Assembly: GCA_046594835.1 (NCBI GenBank)
Contig: JBKJQZ010000348.1
Coordinates: 1 to 42,835 of the forward strand
From: Acidimicrobiales bacterium
GTDB taxonomy: Bacteria > Actinomycetota > Acidimicrobiia > Acidimicrobiales > JACCXE01
DNA length: 42,835 bases
Direction of reading: 5' to 3'
Positions 19,997 through 28,904 of the stretch are shown here, in pieces. Every line of letters starts with the position of its first letter. The stretch's first letter is position 1. Position numbers and translations under genes: made by a program. The notes beneath the pieces were generated by a model. The model worked only from the letters and a program-made list of their open reading frames with translations, had not been told where the DNA came from and did no database searches.

Positions 19997-20046
19997 GCAA
20001 GACCAAGTCGGGGGGAAAGTTTGACGCATCGCTGGGGCGTCGCCGC

Positions 20047-20664
20047 GTGAACGCGGCGGCCGGCACACAATCTGATCGTCTGGACCGGCACGATCGGCGC
20101 GACGTGCTGCTCGACGTCGCGGCAGACATCGTTGCGCGCCGAGGCGCCGACGTGGTCTCGATGGAAGTGGTTGCCGAAGCCGCAGGCGTCAGCCGGCCGC
20201 TGGTCTACAAACACTTCGCCAACCGTGCCGAGCTGCTCGAGGCCCTCTACGCCCGCGAGTCGGCGACGTTGCACGCCGAGATCGGCGCGGCGGTCACCGG
20301 CGCCACCACCCTTGAGGCCATGTTCCGCGCCATTGTGCGCGGCTCACTCTCGGCCCAGGCCTCGCGGGGAGCGACGTTCGCCGCCTTGCGGGCCGAGGGT
20401 GGCCAAACCGCTGCGCGTCGGACCGAACAACGCAAGCGCGATCGCAGCACGCTCGGGTACTTCGTGCGTAGGGCCGTCGCCGAGTTCGACCTCAGTGAGG
20501 CAGACGCCCGCGCCGGCGTGTCGATACTGCTGGGCGCGCTCGACAGTGTGCTCAACGTCTTTCGTGTGCGGCCGACCAAAGAGCACGCGGCGTTGCTTGA
20601 AAACACGTACGTCGCCCTAGCGATGTCGGGCCTCGCCGGGATCGCCGACGGTCGACGCCGATGA
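20047..20664 (+). CDS. TetR/AcrR family transcriptional regulator.
   Basis: HTH region RRDVLLDVAADIVARRGADVVSMEVVAEAAGVSRPLVYKHFANRAELLEALY. The start is uncertain (GTG 20047 preferred; the ORF is open from 19981). The stop overlaps the permease ATG (ATGA). Confidence 0.8.
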   Translation: MNAAAGTQSDRLDRHDRRDVLLDVAADIVARRGADVVSMEVVAEAAGVSRPLVYKHFANRAELLEALYARESATLHAEIGAAVTGATTLEAMFRAIVRGSLSAQASRGATFAALRAEGGQTAARRTEQRKRDRSTLGYFVRRAVAEFDLSEADARAGVSILLGALDSVLNVFRVRPTKEHAALLENTYVALAMSGLAGIADGRRR

Positions 20665-22787
20665 CCGCCACCGTGGTTGCGAACACGCGGGCGCGACAGG
20701 CTGCGAACGCGATCGCGGCGGTACTGCTCTTCGTGTTTGTGGTGCGGTGGTTCTGGCCCGCGCCGATCGGCGTAATGCTGCAGGGCGTCGTGATCGGCGG
20801 TCTCACGTCGCTCATCGCGTTCGGCCTCGCGTTGACGTACCGCTCGAACCGGATCATCAACTTTGCGCAGGGCGATCTTGGCGGGGTCCCCGCCTCGCTG
20901 GCGGTGTTGTTGATTCTCGAGTCCGGCGTCTCGTACTTCCTCGCCTTCCCGATAGCGATCGTCGCCGCGCTCGCACTCGGCGGGTTCGTCGAGTTCGTCT
21001 TCATTCGCCGCTTCCGCAAGGCGCCCCGATTGATCCTCACCGTGGTGACCATCGGGGTGTCGCAGATCCTCGCGGGCGTTGCGTTCGCCCTGCCGCGCGC
21101 GTTCGGTCTCACTACTCCACCGCAGGATTTTCCGTCCCCGTTCACCTTTGAGTTCACCATCGGCCAAACCGTGTTCCACGCCAACGAAGTCGTGGCCATG
21201 CTGGTTGTGCCGATCGTTATTGCTGCGCTCGGTGCGTTCTTCCGCTTCACGCGCATCGGCATCGCCGTGCGCGCGAGCGCCGAGAACGCCGACCGCGCCG
21301 CCTTGCTCGGTGTGCCTGTCGCGCGCATTCAGACCGTGGTGTGGATGATTGCGACGGTCTTGGCGACGATCGCCATCTTCCTGCGCGCCGGCATCGTGGG
21401 CCTGCCGCTCGGCAGCGTGCTCGGACCAACGATCCTCATTCGGGCGCTCGCCGCCGCCGTGATCGGCCGGATGGAGAGGCTGCCCACGATCTTCGTTGCG
21501 TCCCTTGCGCTGGGCGTGGTGGAGGCCTGCATTGTCTTCTCCACGAAAGCGGTGCTGGTCGACCCCGTGCTCTTCCTCGTTGTACTTGGCGCGCTGCTCT
21601 TGCAGCGACGAGGCAGCGTGTCGCGCGTTTCGGAGGACGAACAGTCAAGTTGGCAAGCCTCGCGCCAGGTCCGACCGATCCCGCGCGAACTCATTTCACT
21701 GCCGGAGGTCGTGTGGGGCCGGCGCATCGCCAAGCTTCTCGGCGTGGCGGGTCTCTTCGCTCTCCCTTCGTTCCTGAACGAAGGCCAGATCAACCTTGCT
21801 GCGGTCGTGTTGATCTTCGCGATCATCGGTATCTCGTTGGTGGTGCTCACGGGCTGGGCCGGGCAGGTAAGCCTCGGACAGGTGGCGTTCGTGGGTGTCG
21901 GTGCCGCGGTGGGTGGCTACCTCACGTCCACGCGCGGGTGGGACATCGCGTGGGCGATTCCGGGTGCCGGCCTAGCCGGGGCGGCGGCGGCGATGGTTAT
22001 CGGGCTCCCGGCGCTGCGCGTGCGCGGCCTCTACCTGGCCGTGGTCACGCTGGCGTTCGCGCTGGCTACCTCGTCGTATCTGCTCGATCCCGACTTCATC
22101 CACTGGCTACCGACCACGGCGGACCGTATTGAACGTCCCAAACTGTTTGGCGAGGTCAGCCTCACGAGCGAGACGCGCATGTACGTGTTCGTCGTTGTGA
22201 TCTTCCTGTTGTCGATCTGGATGACCAACGGTCTGCGCAATAGCCGCGCCGGGCGTGTCCTCATCGGCGTGCGCGAAAACCCAAGAGCTGCGCAGTCCTA
22301 CGGAGTCAATGCGACCGGCGCCAAGCTCATGGCCTTCGCCTATGCGGGCTTCCTCGCGGCGGTCGCAGGCGCGGTGTTCGTGCATCACCAGACTGCGTTG
22401 GGCGACTCTGCGTACACCGTCGACCAGAGCCGACGCGTCTTCATCATGGTGGTCATCGGCGGCCTCGGGTCGATCCCCGGCGCTGTGCTCGGCGCCGTGT
22501 TCATTCAAGGCGTCGACTACTTCCGCACCTCGTTCCCGCAGGCGATCCAGCCCTACCTTTCGTTCCTCACGAGTGGTGTCGGGCTGATCTTCGTTCTGCT
22601 CGCGCTGCCCGGCGGGTTCAGTCAGATCTTTTACTCCCAGCGCGACCGCATCCTCCGCAAGATCGCCGAGCGCCGAGGCATTCACGTGCCGAGCCTCATC
22701 GCCGATTCGGCTGCCGCCTCGCGGGAACCCACCGCGATGCCGGTGACGCTCGATCTCACAGAGGAGTCCATCAGTGGCGTGGCGTGA
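20661..22787 (+). CDS. Fused LivH-like + LivM-like branched-chain-amino-acid-type (HAAT family) ABC permease.
   Basis: 708 aa with two blocks of TM helices, joined by a charged linker (RRGSVSRVSEDEQSSWQASRQVRP). The first half is LivH-like (NFAQGDLG..). The second half is LivM-like (GQVSLGQVAFVGVGAAVGGY, GVRENPRAAQSYGV). Confidence 0.8.
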   Translation: MTATVVANTRARQAANAIAAVLLFVFVVRWFWPAPIGVMLQGVVIGGLTSLIAFGLALTYRSNRIINFAQGDLGGVPASLAVLLILESGVSYFLAFPIAIVAALALGGFVEFVFIRRFRKAPRLILTVVTIGVSQILAGVAFALPRAFGLTTPPQDFPSPFTFEFTIGQTVFHANEVVAMLVVPIVIAALGAFFRFTRIGIAVRASAENADRAALLGVPVARIQTVVWMIATVLATIAIFLRAGIVGLPLGSVLGPTILIRALAAAVIGRMERLPTIFVASLALGVVEACIVFSTKAVLVDPVLFLVVLGALLLQRRGSVSRVSEDEQSSWQASRQVRPIPRELISLPEVVWGRRIAKLLGVAGLFALPSFLNEGQINLAAVVLIFAIIGISLVVLTGWAGQVSLGQVAFVGVGAAVGGYLTSTRGWDIAWAIPGAGLAGAAAAMVIGLPALRVRGLYLAVVTLAFALATSSYLLDPDFIHWLPTTADRIERPKLFGEVSLTSETRMYVFVVVIFLLSIWMTNGLRNSRAGRVLIGVRENPRAAQSYGVNATGAKLMAFAYAGFLAAVAGAVFVHHQTALGDSAYTVDQSRRVFIMVVIGGLGSIPGAVLGAVFIQGVDYFRTSFPQAIQPYLSFLTSGVGLIFVLLALPGGFSQIFYSQRDRILRKIAERRGIHVPSLIADSAAASREPTAMPVTLDLTEESISGVA

Positions 22788-25737
22788 CCGTTTCGACGTG
22801 AGCCGCATCACCGACGGCGCGCCAACGCTGCCGCTGTGGATCCTGTTCGGCCTCAACGCTGTGGATGAGTTGGACCGCTCCGTCTACGCGATCCTTAGCC
22901 CCAACATTCGCGACGAGTTCAATCTGAGCCTCGCCCAGTTGTCGACCGTCACGAGTCTCGTGGTCCTCGTCGCGTATCTGTCGCAGGTCTTTATCGGCTA
23001 CTACGCCGATCGTCGGCGCCGGACGCGCATCGCGGCGGGCGGTGCGGCGATTTGGGGCGGGTTCACGTTGATGACGGGATTGGCGCCCAACGTTGGTCTG
23101 CTCGCGGCGGCGCGCGCGGTCACTGGCATTGGGCGCGCGGTCAATGACCCCACGCACAACTCGCTGTTGTCGGACTACTACGCGCCCGAGGTGCGGACGA
23201 AGGTCTACGGCTTTCACGAGTCGGCGAACCAGATGGGCCGGATCGTGGCGCCGCTCCTCGGTGGCGGTATTGCTGCGCTGTTCGGCTGGCGAGCGCCGTT
23301 CTTGGTGTTCTGGATCCCAACCCTCGTGCTCGTTGTCATCGCAGTGCGTTTCCTCGAGGAGCCCGTGCGCGGGGCCTACGAACGGATCGCCGCCGGGGCC
23401 AGCGAAGACGGCGCGCGCACCGAGGAGGAGCCGCTCGGGTTCGGTGAAGCGTGGCGCACGTTGTTCCAGATCCGCAGCCTGCGTCGGGTGTGGATGTCGC
23501 TTCCGTTCCTCACCGTCGCGTTCGTGGGTATCGCCCAGTTCCTCGCCATCTTTTACAAAGACGAGTTCGGTCTCCACGAGTTCCAGCGCGGCCTGCTGCA
23601 GTCATTCACCGAGCCGTTCCAGCTCGTCGGCCTCGCGGTCGGCATCCCGATCGCGGCTCGCCTCGCCAAGCGCGGACCAGGGCTGGTGCTGCGCTTCCTC
23701 GCGCTGACCGGCTTCGTTACCGCCGGCGGGTTGCTCGCCGTCGCCGCCGCACCGAACCTTCCGGTCGCAATCGCAGGTCACATCCTTGTGTCGTCGGTCA
23801 CCGCGATGCTCGTGCCGGGCATCCTGACAACGCTCTCGCTCGCGGTGCCGCCCCGCGCCCGCTCGATGGGCTTTGGCATCGTCGGTCTGTTCGTCGCCCT
23901 CGGAGCGGTGTTCCTACCGGCGCTTGGTGCAATCGGCGACGCGGTAGGAATCCGCGGCGGGATCGCGGCGATGGCACCCGTCCTGCTCATTGGGTCACTC
24001 ATCCTCGCCTCAGCCGGTTCCTTCGTCGCCGCAGACATCGAGCGCGTCCGCACCGGCAGCGCTGCTCTCGCTGAGGTACGCGCCGCCGCGTTACGGGGCG
24101 ATGCGAAGATGCTGCTCGTACGCGGCCTCGATGTCGGCTACGACGGTGTCCAGGTGCTCTTCGGCGTCGACCTCGAAATCGGTCAGGGCGAGATCGTCGC
24201 GCTGCTCGGCACCAACGGCGCGGGCAAGTCCACCCTTCTGCGTGCCATTTCAGGTCTGTTGCAGCCCACTGCCGGTTCGGTGCTGTTCAACGGCGTCGAG
24301 ATTACGCACGCGTCGGCGCATGAGGTTGCGGCCCACGGCGTCGTTCAGGTGCCCGGGGGTAAGGGTGTATTCACGTCGCTCACTGTCGAAGAGAACCTCA
24401 AAATCGCCGGGTGGCTTTACGCCAAGGACACCGCCTACATCCGCGAAGCGACCGAGCAGGTGCTGTCGTTCTTCCCGGTGCTGCGCGACCGTTGGGATCA
24501 GCCAGCGGGCAACCTCTCCGGTGGTGAGCAGCAGATGCTCACCTTGAGTCAGGCGTTCATCGCCAAGCCTCAGTTGCTGATGATCGACGAGCTGTCGCTC
24601 GGCCTCGCGCCCGTGGTAGTTGAGCAATTGCTCGGCATCGTTCGGGCGATCCGCGATCGCGGGACGACGATCGTGCTGGTCGAGCAGTCCGTCAACGTGG
24701 CGCTCACCCTCGCCGAGAGCGCGTACTTCATGGAGAAGGGCGAGATCCGCTTCAGCGGGCCGACCACCGAATTGCTGCACCGGCCCGACATCCTCCGCTC
24801 GGTCTTCCTCGAGGGGGCCGGTTCGATGAACGGCAACGGCAACGGCGTCGCCGCCCGGCCCAAGCGACGCGTCGCGCCCAAGCGCGAAATCGGCGGCGTC
24901 GTGCTCGAGACGCGCGACATTACGCGTCGTTACGGGGCTCTCACCGCAGTCGACGGCGTGTCGATGCAGCTGCGCGACGGTGAGATCCTCGGGGTCATCG
25001 GACCCAACGGCGCGGGCAAGACGACGCTGTTCGACCTCATCTCGGGCTACGTCACACCCGACTCGGGCATAGTGGTTCTCAACGGTGACGACGTCACCGC
25101 GCTTTCGCCCGATTTCCGCGCCCGGATCGGCCTTGGACGATCGTTTCAAGACGCCCGCCTCTTCCCGGCCCTGACCGTGCGCGAAACCATCGCTTTGTCG
25201 CTCGAGCGTCACGTGGCCGTTCGTGACCCACTCGCCTCGATCCTGCATCTGCCCTCTGCGGTGGAGTCAGAAGCTGCAATCACCGGTCAGGTCGACGCAC
25301 TCATCGAGCAGATGGGATTGCAGGCCTTCGCCGACAAGTTCGTCTCCGAGTTGTCAACCGGCAGTCGCCGCATCGTGGACCTCGCCTGCATCGTGGCGCA
25401 CGAGCCGTCCGTGATCCTTTTCGACGAGCCGTCCTCGGGCATTGCCCAACGCGAAACCGAGGCGCTAGGCCCGCTGCTCATGAGCATCCGCGAGACGACG
25501 GGCGCGAGCCTCCTCGTGATCGAACACGACATGCCCCTGATCACATCGATCGCAGACCGGCTTCTCGCTCTCGACCTCGGCGCGGTTGTGGTTGAAGGCA
25601 AGCCTTCGGCCGTCACGAAACACCCCGCCGTGGTCGCCTCGTATCTCGGCAACACCGAATCCGTCATCGCCCGTTCGGGCGCAGTCGAAAAAGCCAAACC
25701 CGCGCGACGCCGCACTCCGGCCCGCGCCGCGAAGTAG
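22774..25737 (+). CDS. Triple fusion of a 12-TM MFS-type domain, a LivF-like ABC ATPase and a LivG-like ABC ATPase.
   Basis: One open frame of 987 codons. MFS motif A ([11 protein letters not shown]) sits after TM2, with a 6+6 TM layout. NBD1 has [16 protein letters not shown] and [11 protein letters not shown]2 has [16 protein letters not shown] and ILFDEPSSG. The start (GTG 22774, or GTG 22798) overlaps or abuts the permease stop. Confidence 0.8.
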   Translation: MAWRDRFDVSRITDGAPTLPLWILFGLNAVDELDRSVYAILSPNIRDEFNLSLAQLSTVTSLVVLVAYLSQVFIGYYADRRRRTRIAAGGAAIWGGFTLMTGLAPNVGLLAAARAVTGIGRAVNDPTHNSLLSDYYAPEVRTKVYGFHESANQMGRIVAPLLGGGIAALFGWRAPFLVFWIPTLVLVVIAVRFLEEPVRGAYERIAAGASEDGARTEEEPLGFGEAWRTLFQIRSLRRVWMSLPFLTVAFVGIAQFLAIFYKDEFGLHEFQRGLLQSFTEPFQLVGLAVGIPIAARLAKRGPGLVLRFLALTGFVTAGGLLAVAAAPNLPVAIAGHILVSSVTAMLVPGILTTLSLAVPPRARSMGFGIVGLFVALGAVFLPALGAIGDAVGIRGGIAAMAPVLLIGSLILASAGSFVAADIERVRTGSAALAEVRAAALRGDAKMLLVRGLDVGYDGVQVLFGVDLEIGQGEIVALLGTNGAGKSTLLRAISGLLQPTAGSVLFNGVEITHASAHEVAAHGVVQVPGGKGVFTSLTVEENLKIAGWLYAKDTAYIREATEQVLSFFPVLRDRWDQPAGNLSGGEQQMLTLSQAFIAKPQLLMIDELSLGLAPVVVEQLLGIVRAIRDRGTTIVLVEQSVNVALTLAESAYFMEKGEIRFSGPTTELLHRPDILRSVFLEGAGSMNGNGNGVAARPKRRVAPKREIGGVVLETRDITRRYGALTAVDGVSMQLRDGEILGVIGPNGAGKTTLFDLISGYVTPDSGIVVLNGDDVTALSPDFRARIGLGRSFQDARLFPALTVRETIALSLERHVAVRDPLASILHLPSAVESEAAITGQVDALIEQMGLQAFADKFVSELSTGSRRIVDLACIVAHEPSVILFDEPSSGIAQRETEALGPLLMSIRETTGASLLVIEHDMPLITSIADRLLALDLGAVVVEGKPSAVTKHPAVVASYLGNTESVIARSGAVEKAKPARRRTPARAAK

Positions 25738-25744
25738 GAGCACC

Positions 25745-27568
25745 ATGGACAACTGGAAAGAACTAACGCTGGGCGACGTGGCGCGTGGGTTCACGCGTTA
25801 CCGACCCTTCATCCTTGCGGTCGCGGCGGTGCTGTTGGTCACCCTCGCGCTGCCCGATGACAAGAACGCTGTGGACACCGCTGCGGTCGCAGACGGCAAC
25901 GGCCCGCTGAACGCTGGGGGGCAACAGCGGGGCGGCAACGCGACGACACCGACCAGCATCGACGAGTTCGGCAACGTCGTCTCGGTCGACGGCTCGGGAT
26001 CGGGCTCAGGCTCGGGCTCGGCGACCGGTAGCGGTGAGGCGGCGCAGTCGACCGGGGTGACGTCGCTGAACCCGGCCGCGTTCGGTCCGGACTGCGACCC
26101 GATCAGCGGGCGCGTGCGGATGCCGATCCGGACCGCGGCGCCGTGCCTCCCGTTTTTCTCTGGGAACAACGGAGGAGCAACCGCTCCGGGCGTCACCGCC
26201 AAGGAAATCAAGGTCGTGTACTACCAGCCGCAGGCCAACCCTGCGACTACCGCGGCGCTCACCGCCGCGGGCGCGAACAACAGCGAAGCGGAACAGGAAG
26301 CGACCGTGCGCGACTACGTCGATCTGTTCAACAAGCACTTCCAGATGTACGGGCGTCACGTCACGATTGAGGTGAAGCACGGCAGCGGCGACACCAAGGA
26401 CGACGCGGCAGGACGCGCGGACGCCGTCGACGTCGCTACGCGGATCAAGCCCTTCGCCGTGTTCGGATCGGGTACCACGAACGCGTTCCCGGCCGAACTC
26501 GCAGCCCGCAAGATCCTCTGCATTTGCACGACCTCGCAGCCCCAGGAGCTCTACGAGCGGTATTCGCCCTACGTTGGTTACACGACGCTGATGGCGTCGA
26601 CCCAGGGCTACCTCCACCGCTCCGAGTACGTCGGCAAGCGCCTTGCGGGCCGCAACGCGTCCTATGCCGGTGACGCGGTAATGCAGCAGCGCAAGCGCGT
26701 CTTCGGCCTTCTGTATTACGACACGGCAGACAACGCCTATCGCTCGGGCGCAGAGTTCTTTAAGAAGGAGTTGCAGTCCAAGTACGGGGTGACCCTCGCA
26801 GTGGTGCAGTCGACGCCCGATGACTACGCGGCCGTGCAGGAGCAGGCCCGCTCGGTCATCGGCAAGCTCATCGACGCCAAGGTGACATCAGTGATCATGT
26901 CGGAGGATCCCATCAGCCCGGCGCTTCTCACCAAGGAGGCGACGCGCCAGAACTACTTCCCCGAGTGGATCATTACCGGTTCGGCCCTGACCGACACCTC
27001 TCTGTTCGCTCGCACCTACGACACCACCCAGTGGCGACACGCGTTTGGGGTCAGTTTTCTGCCCGCCCGCGTTCCCGAACAACAGGGGGACGCGTACAAG
27101 GTGCACCAGTGGCACTTCGGCCGCGAGGCAACGGCCTACAACCAGTACGGAGTGATCTATCCCACGCCCCTTACCTTCGCTCTCGGCGTGACGATGGCCG
27201 GGCCGAATCTCACTGTCGCCTCCTGGCAGAAGGGCCTGTTCAGCTTCCCCGTCACGAACAAGGCCTCGATAAGTTCGCCGCAGATCTCCTTCGGCAACCA
27301 CGGCGTCTGGCCCTTCACCGATTTCACGTCTTTTGACGACGTGACTGAGATTTTCTGGGACCCGGCGGTCGTCGGGCCCGACGAACTCGATAACCAGGGT
27401 GCGGGCATGTACCGCTACGTGGCGGGAGGCAAGCGCTACCTGCCGGGCCAGCACCCGACGTCGAATCCGAAGGTGTTCAACAACGACGGGACGGTGACGA
27501 TCTACGAGAACAGTCCGGACGCGCCCGTCACGAACTACGAGCACAAGCACTACTACCCAGCCCAGTAA
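25745..27568 (+). CDS. ABC transporter substrate-binding protein (type 1 periplasmic-binding fold, LivK-like), membrane-anchored and unusually long.
   Basis: The ATG at 25745 has GGAG 5 nt upstream. N-terminal TM anchor FILAVAAVLLVTLAL, then a (GS)n linker, then GVTAKEIKVVYY and a periodic alpha/beta pattern typical of LIV-binding proteins. Last gene of the transporter operon. Confidence 0.6.
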   Translation: MDNWKELTLGDVARGFTRYRPFILAVAAVLLVTLALPDDKNAVDTAAVADGNGPLNAGGQQRGGNATTPTSIDEFGNVVSVDGSGSGSGSGSATGSGEAAQSTGVTSLNPAAFGPDCDPISGRVRMPIRTAAPCLPFFSGNNGGATAPGVTAKEIKVVYYQPQANPATTAALTAAGANNSEAEQEATVRDYVDLFNKHFQMYGRHVTIEVKHGSGDTKDDAAGRADAVDVATRIKPFAVFGSGTTNAFPAELAARKILCICTTSQPQELYERYSPYVGYTTLMASTQGYLHRSEYVGKRLAGRNASYAGDAVMQQRKRVFGLLYYDTADNAYRSGAEFFKKELQSKYGVTLAVVQSTPDDYAAVQEQARSVIGKLIDAKVTSVIMSEDPISPALLTKEATRQNYFPEWIITGSALTDTSLFARTYDTTQWRHAFGVSFLPARVPEQQGDAYKVHQWHFGREATAYNQYGVIYPTPLTFALGVTMAGPNLTVASWQKGLFSFPVTNKASISSPQISFGNHGVWPFTDFTSFDDVTEIFWDPAVVGPDELDNQGAGMYRYVAGGKRYLPGQHPTSNPKVFNNDGTVTIYENSPDAPVTNYEHKHYYPAQ

Positions 27569-27569
27569 G

Positions 27570-27605
27570 CCATAGCGGCGCGCCGATTACGGTGCGCCGC
27601 TATGG
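27570..27605 (+). terminator. Strong GC-rich hairpin after the binding-protein gene. Its 3' arm contains the SDR start codon.
   Basis: CCATAGCGGCGCGCC-gattac-GGTGCGCCGCTATGG forms a stem of about 15-16 bp. There is no U-tract. The ATG of the next gene is at 27602-27604, inside the 3' arm. Confidence 0.4.
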
Positions 27606-28369
27606 AACTTCAGGGAGCATCAGCAGTCGTTACCGGTGGCGCATCGGGCCTCGGTGAGGGCACCGTTCGTCGGCTTCACAACGCGGGCGTGGCGGTCACG
27701 ATCCTCGACCGCAACGCCGAGGCTGGCGCCGCCCTCGCCAAGGAACTCGGCGGCAGCGCCAACTTCGCGCAGGCCGACGTGACCAACTACGAGGAGTGTG
27801 GCGCGGCCGTCGACCAGGCGGCTGCCGCCGGCGACTTGCGGGTGTGCGTGAACTGCGCGGGCCTCGGCATCGCCATGCGCACGATCAACCGGGATAACAG
27901 CCCGCACGACCCCGCCGCGTTCAGCTTCCTCGTTGGCATCAACCTGCTCGGCACGTTCAACGTGATGACGCTGTCGGCGTCGAAGATGGCCGCGACGGAC
28001 CCGACGCCGTCGGGCGACCGCGGCGTGATCATCAACACGGCATCGGTCGCCGCGTTCGACGGCCAGATCGGCCAGCTCGCCTACTCGGCCACCAAAGGCG
28101 CCGTCGTAGGCATGACCCTTCCCGCCGCGCGCGACCTGTCCGCGGTGAACATCCGCGTGAACACGATCGCCCCGGGCCTCATGGACACGCCGCTGCTCGC
28201 CATGCTCCCCGAGCCGGCCCGCGCCTCGCTCGCCGCCAGCGTGCTGTATCCCAAACGCCTCGGCATCGCCGACGAGTACGCCAACCTCGCCATGTCGATC
28301 ATCGACAACAACTACCTGAACGGTGAAACGATCCGCCTCGACGGCGGCATCCGCATGCAGCCCAAATGA
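27602..28369 (+). CDS. Short-chain dehydrogenase/reductase, 3-hydroxyacyl-CoA dehydrogenase type II-like.
   Basis: TGGASGLG cofactor motif, NCAG, catalytic YSATKGAVVGMT, and IRVNTIAPGLMDTPLL. Confidence 0.85.
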   Translation: MELQGASAVVTGGASGLGEGTVRRLHNAGVAVTILDRNAEAGAALAKELGGSANFAQADVTNYEECGAAVDQAAAAGDLRVCVNCAGLGIAMRTINRDNSPHDPAAFSFLVGINLLGTFNVMTLSASKMAATDPTPSGDRGVIINTASVAAFDGQIGQLAYSATKGAVVGMTLPAARDLSAVNIRVNTIAPGLMDTPLLAMLPEPARASLAASVLYPKRLGIADEYANLAMSIIDNNYLNGETIRLDGGIRMQPK

Positions 28370-28489
28370 TCTAGCTACTTCCCCCAGGCGCAGTTGGTTT
28401 CGTGCGTCCGACTCGTTGTTGTGAGCCCAAATCCGTCGCCATCACAACAAGTGGGAGGCGCGAATCTCTGGTGGCACGGATGTTCGTAC

Positions 28490-28894
28490 CTACAGCGCTC
28501 GCATCCGGTTGTTGCGGGGGTTGTGTTCGAGTTCGACCAGGCCGAGTTCTTCGAGCAGCGGCGGAACGTACATCCCGAAGCGTCCTCTGAGGCCCTTCTT
28601 CAGTCCGTACCAACCGCCCACCGGGTTTGACGGGTCGCGTGCCCAGGCCTCGACGGTGCCGGACTTCGCGTCCTTCTGTTCATCGGCGGCGCCGAGTTCC
28701 AACCAGTCACCGTGGTGCTTGAGCATGGCGACGGCGTCGTCGATGCAGCGTGGGTCGTAATACAGGACCGTCTTGCCAACGGTGCAGACGATGGCGGGCG
28801 TGCCCTGGAGCTCACCGCGGTACATCGTGTACTCCGACGAGCCCGGCGGGGTCTTCAGGGTCCAAGGATCTTCTGGCGTTCCGCTTCCAGGCAC
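28490..28894 (-). CDS. Conserved hypothetical protein downstream of thiH.
   Basis: Coding-looking frame (PEDPWTLKTPPGSSEYTMY ... NPVGGWYGLKKGLRGRFGMYVPPLLEELGLVELEHNPRNNRMRAL). I recognise it as a recurrent bacterial hypothetical family but cannot name it. GTG at 28894 lies 10 nt after the thiH stop. The upstream part of the ORF-track frame overlaps thiH. Confidence 0.5.
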   Translation of the reverse strand: MPGSGTPEDPWTLKTPPGSSEYTMYRGELQGTPAIVCTVGKTVLYYDPRCIDDAVAMLKHHGDWLELGAADEQKDAKSGTVEAWARDPSNPVGGWYGLKKGLRGRFGMYVPPLLEELGLVELEHNPRNNRMRAL

Positions 28895-28904
28895 GCCGAC
28901 GACG

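Noticed and set aside
25991-26035. A GGCTCG/GGATCG repeat, and the Ala/Pro-coding repeats in E2, considered as possible non-coding repeat elements.
   Set aside because: They are in frame within well-supported CDSs and encode flexible Gly-Ser or Ala-Pro linkers. They are not independent elements.
28409-28420. An 11-mer (CGACTCGTTGT/G) shared between the 28410 intergenic region and the 39850 repeat.
   Set aside because: Many exact 11-mer coincidences are expected by chance within a 43-kb window, so this is not evidence of a dispersed element.
28416-28450. AT-rich inverted repeat TTGTTGTGA-N17-TCACAACAA between the convergent SDR and hypothetical genes.
   Set aside because: The stem is only 9 bp and weak, the loop is 17 nt, and there is no U-tract. 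It is plausibly a poor terminator or a chance palindrome, and there is no other support.
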